From contig JAYZAL010000087.1 of NCBI GenBank assembly GCA_036339735.1, positions 1 through 64,000 of the forward strand: a DNA stretch of 64,000 nucleotides, written 5' to 3'. This stretch comes from Candidatus Poribacteria bacterium (GTDB taxonomy: Bacteria; Poribacteria; WGA-4E; UBA9662). Of the stretch, positions 49,534 to 61,400 are shown piece by piece. Below the pieces are notes generated by a model, which worked only from the letters and a program-made list of their open reading frames with translations, was not told the DNA's origin and made no database searches. Positions within the stretch are counted from its first letter, which is position 1; the number at the start of each line of letters is the position of its first letter. Both the position numbers and the translations under genes were made by a program.

Positions 49534-50259
49534 ATGAAATTCGGATTTAAACAAGGTACCAGTATTTGCTGGATATTAATGATTGTTACTTCTGTAGAGT
49601 TGGTCATAGCTAGCCAGATTTTAGCAAACAAAGACAACGAATCTTCAATCAAATTACCAACAAATGCTCCATGTGCTGTATGTTCTACAGGTGAAAATAC
49701 GGAGACATATCCTGTTCATTCGTGGAGTAAATATCAGGGTGAAGTTTTCTACTTTCGTACCGTGGACTGTAAAAAAGAGTTCGACAGAGATCCTTTAGCT
49801 ATTATTTTAGGTCCAACTCCACGCCCGTTACCTGATTTCGTGGCACAAAACTTGAAAGGAAAAATCGTTGATCTTAAGTCCAAAAAATACAAAAAAAAAC
49901 TTATGTTAATTGATTTTTGGGCTACTTGGTGTTTACCTTGCTTAGAGAGTATACCGGAATTAAATCAAATTCAAAAAAAATACAAAAAGAAACTGACAAT
50001 CTTGGGAATTTCACTAGATACAGGTCAACAGGCTGAAGGAAAAGTAAAAAAAGTTATAAGAGAGAAAAAAGCTTCGTATCCTATTTGGCTGGCTAATTCA
50101 CAATCATCAGCATTTGAAGCCTTTAATTTGAAGAGCGTACCGACAATGTTTTTAGTTAACCGAAAACAGCAAATCGTAGCACAGTGGATGGGTAAAGTTA
50201 ACCATGAAACAATTGAAAAAGCGATTGAGATAGCGGTTAGCGCCACTGAAGAAAAATAG
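49534..50259 (+). CDS. Exported YHS/TRASH-like + TlpA thioredoxin fusion
   Basis: Signal/TM; CAVC...YQGEVFYFRTVDCKKEFDRDP (YHS-like); LIDFWATWCLPC, SVPTMFLVN (TlpA). Confidence 0.8.
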   Translation: MKFGFKQGTSICWILMIVTSVELVIASQILANKDNESSIKLPTNAPCAVCSTGENTETYPVHSWSKYQGEVFYFRTVDCKKEFDRDPLAIILGPTPRPLPDFVAQNLKGKIVDLKSKKYKKKLMLIDFWATWCLPCLESIPELNQIQKKYKKKLTILGISLDTGQQAEGKVKKVIREKKASYPIWLANSQSSAFEAFNLKSVPTMFLVNRKQQIVAQWMGKVNHETIEKAIEIAVSATEEK

Positions 50260-50273
50260 GTTTACATAGTTAT

Positions 50274-51611
50274 TTGTTAATAACAGCTCTTTTCAACCTA
50301 TGTTTAGTAATCGGCCTAGCTATTTGTTTAGCGAAATTATGTAAGCGAATCAATCTACCACCGTTATTAGGGTTCTTGTTAACTGGCATTATAGTAGGCC
50401 AATATACACGGTCAATAATTGACCCGATGCTGCCTGATTGGTTGACCAGCTGGGTCTCCCTCCCCACATATATTTTTGAACCAATTGGTATTACTCAATG
50501 GCCATTTTCTAATTTTAAACTATTCTCATTGAGCTATGCTGCTGTCGTACGAAAAATAGCCTTGATTATCATCTTGACTCGAGCCGGTTTAGGCATTGAT
50601 CGTCGAGCTCTTATCCGCATAGGCCATCCGGCTCTACGGATGAGCATCCTACCTGGTCTACTAGAAGCTACTTTGGTAGCTTATATATCTTCACACTTTT
50701 TTCGCTTGCCACTAATGGAGGGATTGATATTTGGTTGGGTAATCTCAGCAGTTTCTCCTGCTGTAATTGTTCCACAGATGTTGAGACTAAAGGATCAAGG
50801 TTATGGTCAAATCAAACAAATTCCTACACTAATTTTAGCTAGTGCCACTGTCGATGATGTAATCGCTATTACTATGTTCGATATCAGCATCAATCTCAAT
50901 ATGGATGGGTTGACAAGTACGGCATTTCTACTTTTGAGCATCCCAATTAAAATCATACTTGGATTGTTTGTAGGTTGTGGGTTAGGCTACATTTTGAGCC
51001 TAGCTTTAGCTCGACAGCACAGCCGTTTAGTCTGTGTGATTATGTTTTTTGTTGGAGTTGTAGCTTTACACCTTCTTGAATTAGAAGCTAATTGGCCAAT
51101 TTCTAGTCTTATTGGGATAATGGCTTCAGGATTTACTGTCTTGTTGCTGACACCATATTTAGCTCAGCAATTATCTTCTGCATTCAATCAGTCGTGGAAG
51201 GTTGCGGAAACAGCTTTATTTGTATTGATAGGAGCTGAAGTAGATTTGGCATTAGTTGGTTCCGCAGGAGTCTCAGGATTAGCTATCATAAGTATTGGCC
51301 TGATTGCTCGTAGTTTGGGTGTGTCTCTATCTTTAATCGGCTCTGAACTCAATTGGAAAGAACGTATTTTTTGTCAAATTTCCTTCTTACCAAAAGCGAC
51401 TGTTCAAGCTGCTATTGGTGGTACCGCGATAACATTAGTAGAAAACAATACTCTGAATTTGAATAACGGCGTTGAAACAGGTCAGTTAATTTTGGCACTT
51501 TCAGTTTTTAGTATTGTAGTAACAGCTCCACTGGGAGCAACCGCGATTCAACACCTAGCTCCTCGCCTTTTATACCGTCGACAGAACTATTCCGCTACCA
51601 CTTTGGAATAG
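50274..51611 (+). CDS. Cation:proton antiporter (NHA2/SLC9B-like bacterial clade)
   Basis: IILTRAGL, SAVSPAVIVP, ASATVDDV, LFVLIGA, ERIFC..SFLPKATVQAAIG; many TM segments. Confidence 0.85.
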   Translation: MLITALFNLCLVIGLAICLAKLCKRINLPPLLGFLLTGIIVGQYTRSIIDPMLPDWLTSWVSLPTYIFEPIGITQWPFSNFKLFSLSYAAVVRKIALIIILTRAGLGIDRRALIRIGHPALRMSILPGLLEATLVAYISSHFFRLPLMEGLIFGWVISAVSPAVIVPQMLRLKDQGYGQIKQIPTLILASATVDDVIAITMFDISINLNMDGLTSTAFLLLSIPIKIILGLFVGCGLGYILSLALARQHSRLVCVIMFFVGVVALHLLELEANWPISSLIGIMASGFTVLLLTPYLAQQLSSAFNQSWKVAETALFVLIGAEVDLALVGSAGVSGLAIISIGLIARSLGVSLSLIGSELNWKERIFCQISFLPKATVQAAIGGTAITLVENNTLNLNNGVETGQLILALSVFSIVVTAPLGATAIQHLAPRLLYRRQNYSATTLE

Positions 51612-52329
51612 CACCCAGCAATAGTTTTTGTTCATCGGTTCCTTCATTTTGCAACTTTGTCATACGAGGGCCACTAAAAGATTCTCTTGACTTCATCCAG
51701 GCATTTTGATAGCACATCAAACAAACGCGGCGACGACGATCAGACTTGTTGGCAGCTCCTCTGTGATAAAGCCATCCATCGAACAGTATAGCTTGTCCTG
51801 GTTGAGCCATGATATGCTTTTCATCTGGAAATTTGGGGTAACCCTCTGGTGGGCGGAATAATGCTCGTTGACTACCAGGCAGAATTACGATTGGTCCATT
51901 TTCGCAAGTAATTTCATCCAAATAGTAGCCACAGTTGATTTGGCCAGGCAAACTCCCGTAGGGTGTGCCATCAGGGTCAAGTGGCCAGGGGCCGTCTCGA
52001 TGCCAGTTTTGGTCGCTTTCACCGGGCTCAGTCACTCGAGAAGTTGCGCTGTGCAACTGTACACAGTTACCTAAAATAGCTTTGATTCTTTTTAGTACTG
52101 GTGGATTATCCAAGAGGAAAAGGAATCGATCGTCTTGTTCCAGTAATTCACCGATAAATTGAGTCGAAACGAGTTCCTGCAACTCGTCCAAGGTTTGACG
52201 GAGAATATCAACCTGCTGTTCAGTGATTGCTGACTCAATAACTAGGTAACCCCATTTTTGAAAAAAATTAACTTCAGCTTGGAGTTCCGGAGATAGACTA
52301 GGATTTAGTATTGTGGGGACAATTGACAT
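51595..52329 (-). CDS. PhyH-family Fe(II)/2-oxoglutarate dioxygenase
   Basis: FFQKWGYLVI, WHRD, NGPIVILPGS, WLYHRGAAN..RRR. Confidence 0.88.
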   Translation of the reverse strand: MSIVPTILNPSLSPELQAEVNFFQKWGYLVIESAITEQQVDILRQTLDELQELVSTQFIGELLEQDDRFLFLLDNPPVLKRIKAILGNCVQLHSATSRVTEPGESDQNWHRDGPWPLDPDGTPYGSLPGQINCGYYLDEITCENGPIVILPGSQRALFRPPEGYPKFPDEKHIMAQPGQAILFDGWLYHRGAANKSDRRRRVCLMCYQNAWMKSRESFSGPRMTKLQNEGTDEQKLLLGAIPKW

Positions 52330-52419
52330 ATTACCTGCATTTGCTTGTATTTGGTTTAGTCTTCAAAGAAACCATCCACATTCAACTTAAAAAGTTTCTT
52401 TTGATAATTTAGGGGCATC

Positions 52420-55400
52420 CTAACGAATTACCATAATTTGGCCAACCTTCTGTACTCCTTCACCTTCAATATGGTAGATGTATAATCCACTAATTACTTC
52501 AGCTCCTGCATCGTTTAGCCCATCCCAGACAGCCCTTCCAGTCGTACTTTCAAGTTTAGTTCGTACTCGTTCGCCATCTAGAGTATAGAGATTGACAGTA
52601 GCATTTTCAGTCAATTTGAGAAAGGTAACTTGCTGATTGATTGACTGAGACGGTACAAATGGATTAGGGTAAACAACAACCTGGTCCAAGTTAGTAGGCA
52701 AACGTAAGTGGGCGATTCGGAAAACAGTTAGTTGACTAATATTAGCTGTAACTGTCTGGTTTTCAATATCGATTGTCTGTTTCCCCGGCACAAGATCCCA
52801 TAAGGTTAGTTTACCATAGGGATTGAGACGAAAAATGCGTAGGTTAGGTACGACACTAGCCGGAATACTCTCAGCAGAAAAACCAATGGTCAACTTGGCT
52901 GATTTAGATAATCGTTCAACTTGACCATCAATTTGTCTGATAGTTGGTTTTAGTTCATCGTCGTGAGTTGGCTCAATATTGGCAGTTCCTAGATAGAAAT
53001 TAGCTTCTTCGATTTGGATACTTAAAAGCGAGTTGGTTGGTTCTAGGATGTCCACGGTTGTGATTTCTGATCCAATTACGGCCGGAGGTAAAACAAGCTT
53101 AGTTTTTGGGGCAAAACCCGCTTGGATGGTTGTTTCTATTTGTGGGTATACATAATTAGAAACGGCTCGTACAGGTCCAGCTATCGAACTTACTCCCAAT
53201 TTTGATTGATTACCCCCTTCATCAACGGCAACTACCGCAGCATAGACAGTCAAACCTGATTGGGGAATTGTGACCTTTTGACTAGGTTTCAACGATTTAG
53301 GCAATTGACTGAATTTGTCAGCACGAACCTTAATTGGTTCAACAAGCGGAGTTGCGCCAGAATTCATAAAATTGATATCGTCAATTGTAGGTTGTTGCTC
53401 TGAAAGAAGAATCAAGTAATGATCAATTTCGTCTTGAACATTACTTTCTGGGAATTCCCAGCTGACGGTAACAGCCATTCCACTATCGCTTGGTGTGTCG
53501 CTGACCTGTACTCCTATAACTGGTGGTGGTGCGATTTGGTCTATAGCCTGAACTGGACCAGCCAGTGAGCTATCCACTACAGATGATCGGTTTCCGTTTT
53601 CATCAATAGCTACCACAGATACATAGTAATTAACCCGATTTTTTGGCACATCAACCGTAACCTGATAGATATTAGGGTCGACAATAGTCCCAGCCAAATT
53701 AGGTGCCAGTTCCTCAGCTAATCCTGGTTGAGTTTGCTGAAGAACAGGTCGGCTAGTATACCGATAAATGTGATAGGCTTGAAAGTCGCTCTTATATTCG
53801 GAGTTAACTTCATTTCCCATGGACTCTTGGGGTAACGGCTGCCACTGTACAAGAATAGTCTTCCCATTATCATCAGGCCTATCTTTGGCTTGTACCCCAA
53901 CGACAGCTGGTGGAGCTAAATTGTCGATGGCCTGAACCGGGCCAAAAGTTGACTCCTTGAGCTGTGAAGTTGAAACTTCTGATTCATTCCCGGCAATGTC
54001 TACAGCTGTTACCGCAATGTAGTAATCAAAACTGTTTCGGGGTGCACTGATCCGGGTTAGGTTTTGTTTCAAATCTAGTAAGGGGGTAGGTATAGGAATC
54101 AAGCCAAGGGTAGAACGAATCGGAGCTGTTTCTCGGTACACTTGGTAACGCGAAAAGTCTGATTCTTCAGCAACATTCCAAGAAACTTCGATTACGTTAC
54201 CTTGATCTTTTGGTACATCTATCGCCCTGACATCCGTGACTATTCGGGGTGGTACCGCATCAATAGTGACTGGTTGAGATGATTGAATAGTCTGCGTATT
54301 TCCGCCAGAATCAACTAGATGACCAATCACAACAGCTGCACGAATTTCGATATTTAGATCATTTTCAACAGAATATTGGCCGGTATATACTCCATCGTGG
54401 GCTTTTTGATCTTTTCCAGAACCATCGTCAACCATGATGTTACCCTTTAACTGGCCAACATCGAAACTAGCGGAACAACTTAATTCGCCTTTTAAATAGA
54501 CGATTAACTGATCACCCATGATCAATGCTTTCGTAGCATTGTGTTGGATATACTCAATTTCTGGTGGTTTAGTGTCTATAGTAATAGGTCGGTCTGCGAA
54601 TCGATTATCGGTGTTACCTGCCCGATCTGTCAAGAAACCATTCATAGTTGTAGTCTCAGATACGAAGTCAGCTTCAGTAATTAGACATATAGCTGTATAA
54701 ACGCCATCATTAGATTGAATATCTCCATGTGTTCCATCGTCGTAGAGATCAAATTTGCGTTCACCAACTAAACAGGAAGCCTGACAATCAGTTTCACCTA
54801 CTAGCGTAACAATCAGTTGGTCCCCAGGTAAAAGAGTTGAAGAAGTTGGTACTTCTTGACCTAACCTCTGGATTCGGTAGCTAAGACTATCGATATTTGG
54901 TGATCGAGTATCAACTACCAAAGGGATAAGAGACTGCAGTTGAGCCGTATTACCCGCCAGATCAGAGAGTACCCCTATCACTTGCGTGTTTTGTGTGTCT
55001 GTTTGTATAGTACTTGATTCAATTGTGTAGTGGCCGATATAGGTATGTGCCTGATCTTTTGAGTCGGCCGAATCGCTTATTTCCTTCATTATTCCTTGCG
55101 CTAAAATGGAACCATTACTTTTCTGTCGAATCTGAAATTTGGCATGATTCCCACCTGAACCAATCAGTCGGATCTCCACAGTTTGTCGCAGACCAATAGG
55201 TTGGCTTAGCCCTCCAACTGTAACCGCGTCATGTTCTACAGAAATAATGGTTGGTGGAACCGTATCGATGTTGATAGGTTCATTTATAGTCAGTTGCCCA
55301 CGAAAATTTAAAAATTGCTGATCGTTTATAGGCTGCTGGCTCATCATTTCTATCACCAACTGGCCTTGGGGTAAATGGAGATACTGAGGAATCTCCATTC

Positions 55401-58400
55401 TACCGATGAACAGACCTTCACCCTGATCGACTAGGGGGTGAGCAATTGGTGATGAGATGGATGGAGCTGTGATTTTGAAGTTAGCTGTTGTTAATTGCTC
55501 AGCTGATTGTGGCACTAATTGAAGTCGAACGACCAAATTAGTTTTTTCACCAGATGGACCACCTAATATACGATTTTCGGCATTGTGAGAAACTGACTGG
55601 ATAAACATCGGCAGTAGATTATATCTATCTACACCATGATTTGATGGTAGCATTTCTACTTTCATCCAAACCTGATTACCGTAGGTACGAGTAGCCTCAC
55701 CAACTTGGATGGGCCTCGCTTTCCCATCCAAGTTGGTGAGGCTTAGCGATACCGAATTGTTAACTTCTTCTGGTTTTGCAATACAGAGCCAACCATTAGT
55801 TTGAGAAAGATTAAAACGATACCAATCGCGTTCATCCGAATGTAAACCTAAGATCATCTGATCCAAATCTGGGATTAGTGTTGCTAAATTCATCGTATTA
55901 TTCGGTTCTTTTTCAGTAAATCGAACGTTTTTTCCAGACTCTACTAAAATTTGGTAATTAGACAAATGATCCATGTTGGACGATTCTTCTAGAATTGGCG
56001 ATACGATCAGAGTATACGACCCTTCAGATAAATTAATCCACTGTTGGTCTTTAGGGAATTGTAGTAAGCCAATTTGGTTGTTTTGTTGATTTGCGAAACG
56101 ATTTTCGGCTGAGTTAGGTCCAGCAAAAATCTTTAGATTTAGTTTCGAATTATCTGGTTCGATTAGTGAACTTAGAGAAAACCGAACAGGCCCCACCAAG
56201 TTGAGCATATACTTTTCACCAACAAAAGTTTGTCCAAATAAAGCAAGAGTTCCCTCATTATTAGAAAGTAATGGTTGGTTGGTCTGAACTGAACTAGTAA
56301 ATTCCTGAGTAATTGCATTGGCATGCCACCGGGACGTTGACAAAGATAATTGGTAATCAGAATTTGGGCTTTCATTTTCAGCTCTAATTCGTAGAAAAAG
56401 AGACTGATCTTTAGTTTTTGCAAACAAATGAACCTTTTGTTGGTTTTCAGGTCGGGATCTGACTTGAGCCAGTAGCTGCATATCCGTAGAAAATAAATCC
56501 AGTTGCGTCTCACCTGTACCCATTGGACGATGAAAGTACAGATCAAAATTGTGATCTGATATGTCTGTTGCTTGTGTTGATAAAACGAGGCAAAACCAAT
56601 CTAAATCGTTTGCTGAATGATTGCCCCCTTGAACCATGGCTTGTTGGGTTAAATTGTTAGCGTGATTGACTGTGTCGTTGGGCTCAATTTCGGATATCAA
56701 AGTCGGTCGAACTAAGAAAGTATGTTGGCGAACAGACTGTAGACCGGGTACTAATACTCCATCAGTTTTGATTGAGAACGTATGCTGACCTGGGGACAAG
56801 TTATGTACAGTCAATTGGTAACTAGTTATAGGTTGGTAAGGATTTTGGTCTAAACGATAGTAGATAGTTGGTGTTGGTTGATCGGGTTGAATTGACCAGT
56901 TGGGCATAAAGCGAAAAGTTGCACTGTTTTGCCTTAGAACACCTAATGGTGAAGAAACCAAAGAAATTACATGGTTATCCTGTGCAGGAGAAGTATAGCT
57001 AACCATGTTGTTTATCGACTGCACTGGCCCAGCAACTGACTCTTTTTCTAGGAGTGATTGGTTCCCAGACTGATCTAACACAGTCACAGCATAAAAATTA
57101 GGCCTTGTATCACCCGATGTTTGCACTTCTACACTACTCAAGTTTAAGTTAGTAACAACCAAGGTTACCGGCAACCCACTTAGATCAGTGATAGGGAACG
57201 ACGAATGGTAAACCCGATAGGCTAAAAAATCAGTAATCTGAGTAGGTTCCCAATCTAGGGTAATCAAGCCACCATTATCGAAGGGTGTATCCTCCGCAGA
57301 AATGATGGTGATTGCGGGTGGGATTCGGTTATCCACAGCCCGTCCAGTAGTTGTTACAATATTGGACTCATTACCCGCTAAATCCACAACGGTCACACCA
57401 ATATGATAATCCACATCAGTCTTTTCTAATTTTACGAGGACGGAATTTTTTATTTCAGCAGAAGCAGAAATAGAATTGTGATTAATTGAAAAAGCAAACA
57501 AGTCGACGGGAATACGACCACCGAAAGACTGAATAGGTACTTGGCTGAGGTAAATCTTATATTTATCTGTACTGGCACGTTGATTTTGGGTTAGTCTAGG
57601 CCAAGAGACTACGACCCAACTGCCGTTATCATCAGGTATGTCAACAGCTTCTAAGGCAGAAACCGGTAATGGTGCAATAGTATCTGCAGCAATGGGTTGA
57701 GTCGATGTTAGGGTAGATGGAAAGCCTGATAGTGGCTGAACTAAGTAGGCGGTCACAAGACCTGATTGAAAATTGTCACCAGTTTGGATCTTCAGTTGGT
57801 AAGTATGCTGAGAAGAGTACTTACGGATAAACCGGTTGCGATCAACTAGTATTTGGTTGGTATATGGATCTACAATAGCCAGATTGATTTTATTTTCGGT
57901 TGGTATATCAACAACTATGGTCACCATATCAGCAATCTTCAATGTTGTTAAGGCATCATGCTTGATTGTACCGGTATTTTTTGTTCTGGTGTTTTTAGGC
58001 GTAAATAAGGGGTAAACATTTTTACTGGACTTGTTTCCAGCCGAGTCAATCAGTGTAACTATCAATTCAACTGGCTGTAAGGACCGCCAGATTTCGGGTT
58101 CTGGGATCCTTATACTTCCTTCATAGATACTGAACTGTTTAGTTAAATCATTAGAACTTCGCTCGTCCATCTGAATCATAACGGTCTCTGATTGTGCCAA
58201 GTCGTTTATTTTCTGAAGCGTAATAAATGCTCTGTTGTTTGATTCTCCAGTCAGGCTAACCTCTAACTCTTCTCCCGTTATAATTTGGCGAAGCGAACCG
58301 TCGGGGCGAACGGCGCTGTGTTTAGCTGTCAATATCTGAGGTGGTATGACATCAATTGATAAATGACCATCGGGGTAGGGGTCAGATACAATCAGTCTTC

Positions 58401-61400
58401 CTGTTTCACCTTTAGTATTTATTAATTCAATTACTACACGAACATCAGTAGTAGGTTGACCAAAATTTCCGATAGAGAAGGTCGTTTGATACTCGAATGA
58501 TGGTTGATTGTAACCAGAAGACGTTACAACAGTGGATAAGTTGTCCGTAAGGACCAAGCTCGACGATTTGACCTGTGCAACCTCTATTTGGCGTGGCATT
58601 TGAGAATAAGTTTGAACCTTCAAGTGTATCTCGTCGCCCATTTTCAATTGTCGGTTGGTACTACTATTTTGACTGATGTTAACAGTTACGGACTTAACTA
58701 AAAAAGTAGACAATGTGTAATTAATTTCAGCCTGAGAATTAACCTCAATTAGGTAAGAATCTTCACTCAAATTATAACTTTGTATGTAAGTCGTTTGTTC
58801 ACCAGTATTTCTTATTGCTGATGTGTCTGCCTCAATAAGATTATCAGCGTTATTTCTTAGGCTAATAATAGCCGATTGTTTTTTCGGCAAATTAGCACCA
58901 GCCACTAATTCGATTGCTAGCTGACCATCTTGTGGTACCTTTAGTTTGTAGTAGTCGATTTCGTCGTTTCCGTTTATGTCACCGATAAAGCCATGGATTA
59001 ATCGATTGATCGGTAGAGGCGTAGCATTGGAAAATGTTTGATTAGGTTCACTTTCTAATAAAATTTCGTCCGAAATTATAGTGATGTCTGGCTGATTATT
59101 GATAGAACTGACGGCGGGAAATTGAACAGGGTTTTGGTTACCCGAATCATCTACAGTTGCCACTGTGAAATAAAAAGGAACCTGATTTCTTTCGGTTTCG
59201 ACGACAGTTTCAACGCTCGTTTCCGATTGATTAGATACAACAGCTTTTTCCAAAATGAGTTGACCAATGTTAGCAGGACTCGATGAACGATAAATGTTAT
59301 AGTGAGAAAACCCGCCAAGGGGTGGTGTCCAAGCCAAACGAATCTTTTTCCCCTCGTCACCGGCAATGTCTTGAGATGAAGGATTAGTAATTGGGATCGG
59401 TAAAACACCATCAATACGAATTGGTTGATCTGCATTCTTTCTTACAGTTGTACCATTAGATTTTTCTACGGTGGCAACAAGTTTTCCAACTTCGACTCTA
59501 TCTCCCACCTTGACGGTTAAGGTGAATGAATAATTTTTGTCTCCATTATCTAAGGGTTCGGTTTTTTTATCAGATATGAACCGCTCACTCGAAATTAGTA
59601 TTTTGTTACTATCTTTTTCCTGGATTTGTAATTTGGGTTTCGATTGACTAATTACACTAATGTACAATTTTTGCCCGACAATGAGTGTATCTTTTCCACT
59701 GTGACTAAGGCCGGCTATCGGGGCGTTTGTGGTGTCAATATGAATTTTCTGCGATAGTGGAAAGAAAATTGGATGTGGGGTCGATAATCGGATGAAAATT
59801 TCAGCTTGGTTTGCCTGCAAACCTTCCGGCAGGTATTCGGCTGGACCGGCATTTGACCATCTTTCTGTTATAAGTGGAATATTATAGCTAGCTTGTTGGA
59901 AGGGAGGTGTGATCCCGTCTACAATTACGGGTTCGACTATCACATTTAGTTGATCGCCAATTGTCAGTTGGTTCTCCGCTTTGCTATAATTGATTTGGTA
60001 CTCGGCTTTCTGTAGAAGTGTTGCCAATAGCTGATACGAGCTGAGTATTTCTGATGTAGCAGAAATACTAACCTGATAGACACCCTTCCGTAAATCATAA
60101 ATGAAAAATCTTCGATTAGCTGAGAAGTAGTCGACGCCTTCGTCCCTTGGCAAAAGAGGGTGGGTAGTCGTACCAAAACGTTGTATTGAAATGTCAACGG
60201 GTGTCTCATTTTCTGTCTGAGATATATAGTTGACAACCAAAATACCGTCGGTCGGTAAGACTACACGGTAGCGGTCGTTATCTTGGGAACTGTTCAAAGC
60301 TCCGAAGACTGTACTACTTGGTAACGTTCCAACCAATGGAAGTGTTCCACTCAGCTCGTTTGATTCAAACTCCCAATTGTTGGTCAAACTAAATTGGCTT
60401 GCTAGGCTGTAACTGGTATTAGCTATTCCTTCACATAGAATGAAGTAAGAGCCAACATCCAAACCCAAGCTGAATTTACCTTCACTACTGTTAGCTCTGG
60501 CTATGGTTGTGTCAAATTGTTTAAGCTCAATATCTATATCACTGTTACTACTTGACCAGTGCAGGTCAATCAGGCCACTTTCAACAACTTCAAGTCGATA
60601 AATATCAATTTCTTGGTTTGTTAAATTGCCATGGACTTGCCAGCCAAAAGGTAGGACATCGGCTTGTAACAGGCTGTCATTGGGTTCACGTTCACTGAGT
60701 GGAGATCGATAAACATTGAATTTTCGAATAACTTTCTGCTCTTGATCGCCACTTAGTAAAGCTAATTGGTGCTGGCCCACTGTTAATCCAGTGAGTGTGA
60801 GTTCATTAGCTGTGGTTGGTTGCAAACGCCCACCATCGAGCTGATAGTAAGTAAAAGTTTGTTCAGCTGAGAACCAGCGAAAAGTTAAGTTATCCTGCCG
60901 AATCGGGCCAAGTGCAGTTGTAATCCATTCGATTTCGTTGATGGTTTCTGGTTGCTTAGCCAAGTTTGAATGGGACTGGGTTGGTTCAGATATAGACTGT
61001 GGAATAACATGTGATTCATTGCCAGCGAAGTCAACAGCAGTAACGAAAAAATAGTGGTCTAACATGTCATCAATCGTCGGCATTTCAACTGATGTGACAT
61101 AGGGATGTGGAACTTTTATGGATAGATGTTCCGGCTTTTTTTTACCCGTTTCCGGTGGGGTTATTGAGCGGTGAACTTGATAATATGAGAAATCATCAGC
61201 TCGACTCGGTTGAGTCCAAGATATGGTAACACTACCACCAAAGTCATCAATAGTATCAACGGCTGAGACTATAGCTACCGGTGATGGAGGTAAATTATCA
61301 AACGCAATTGTTGGCTTAGACAAAGACCCCAAATCAATTTCAGATTCATTCCCGACTTGGGTGACAGCTGTCACCGCTATGTAATAGGGTATACCATTTT

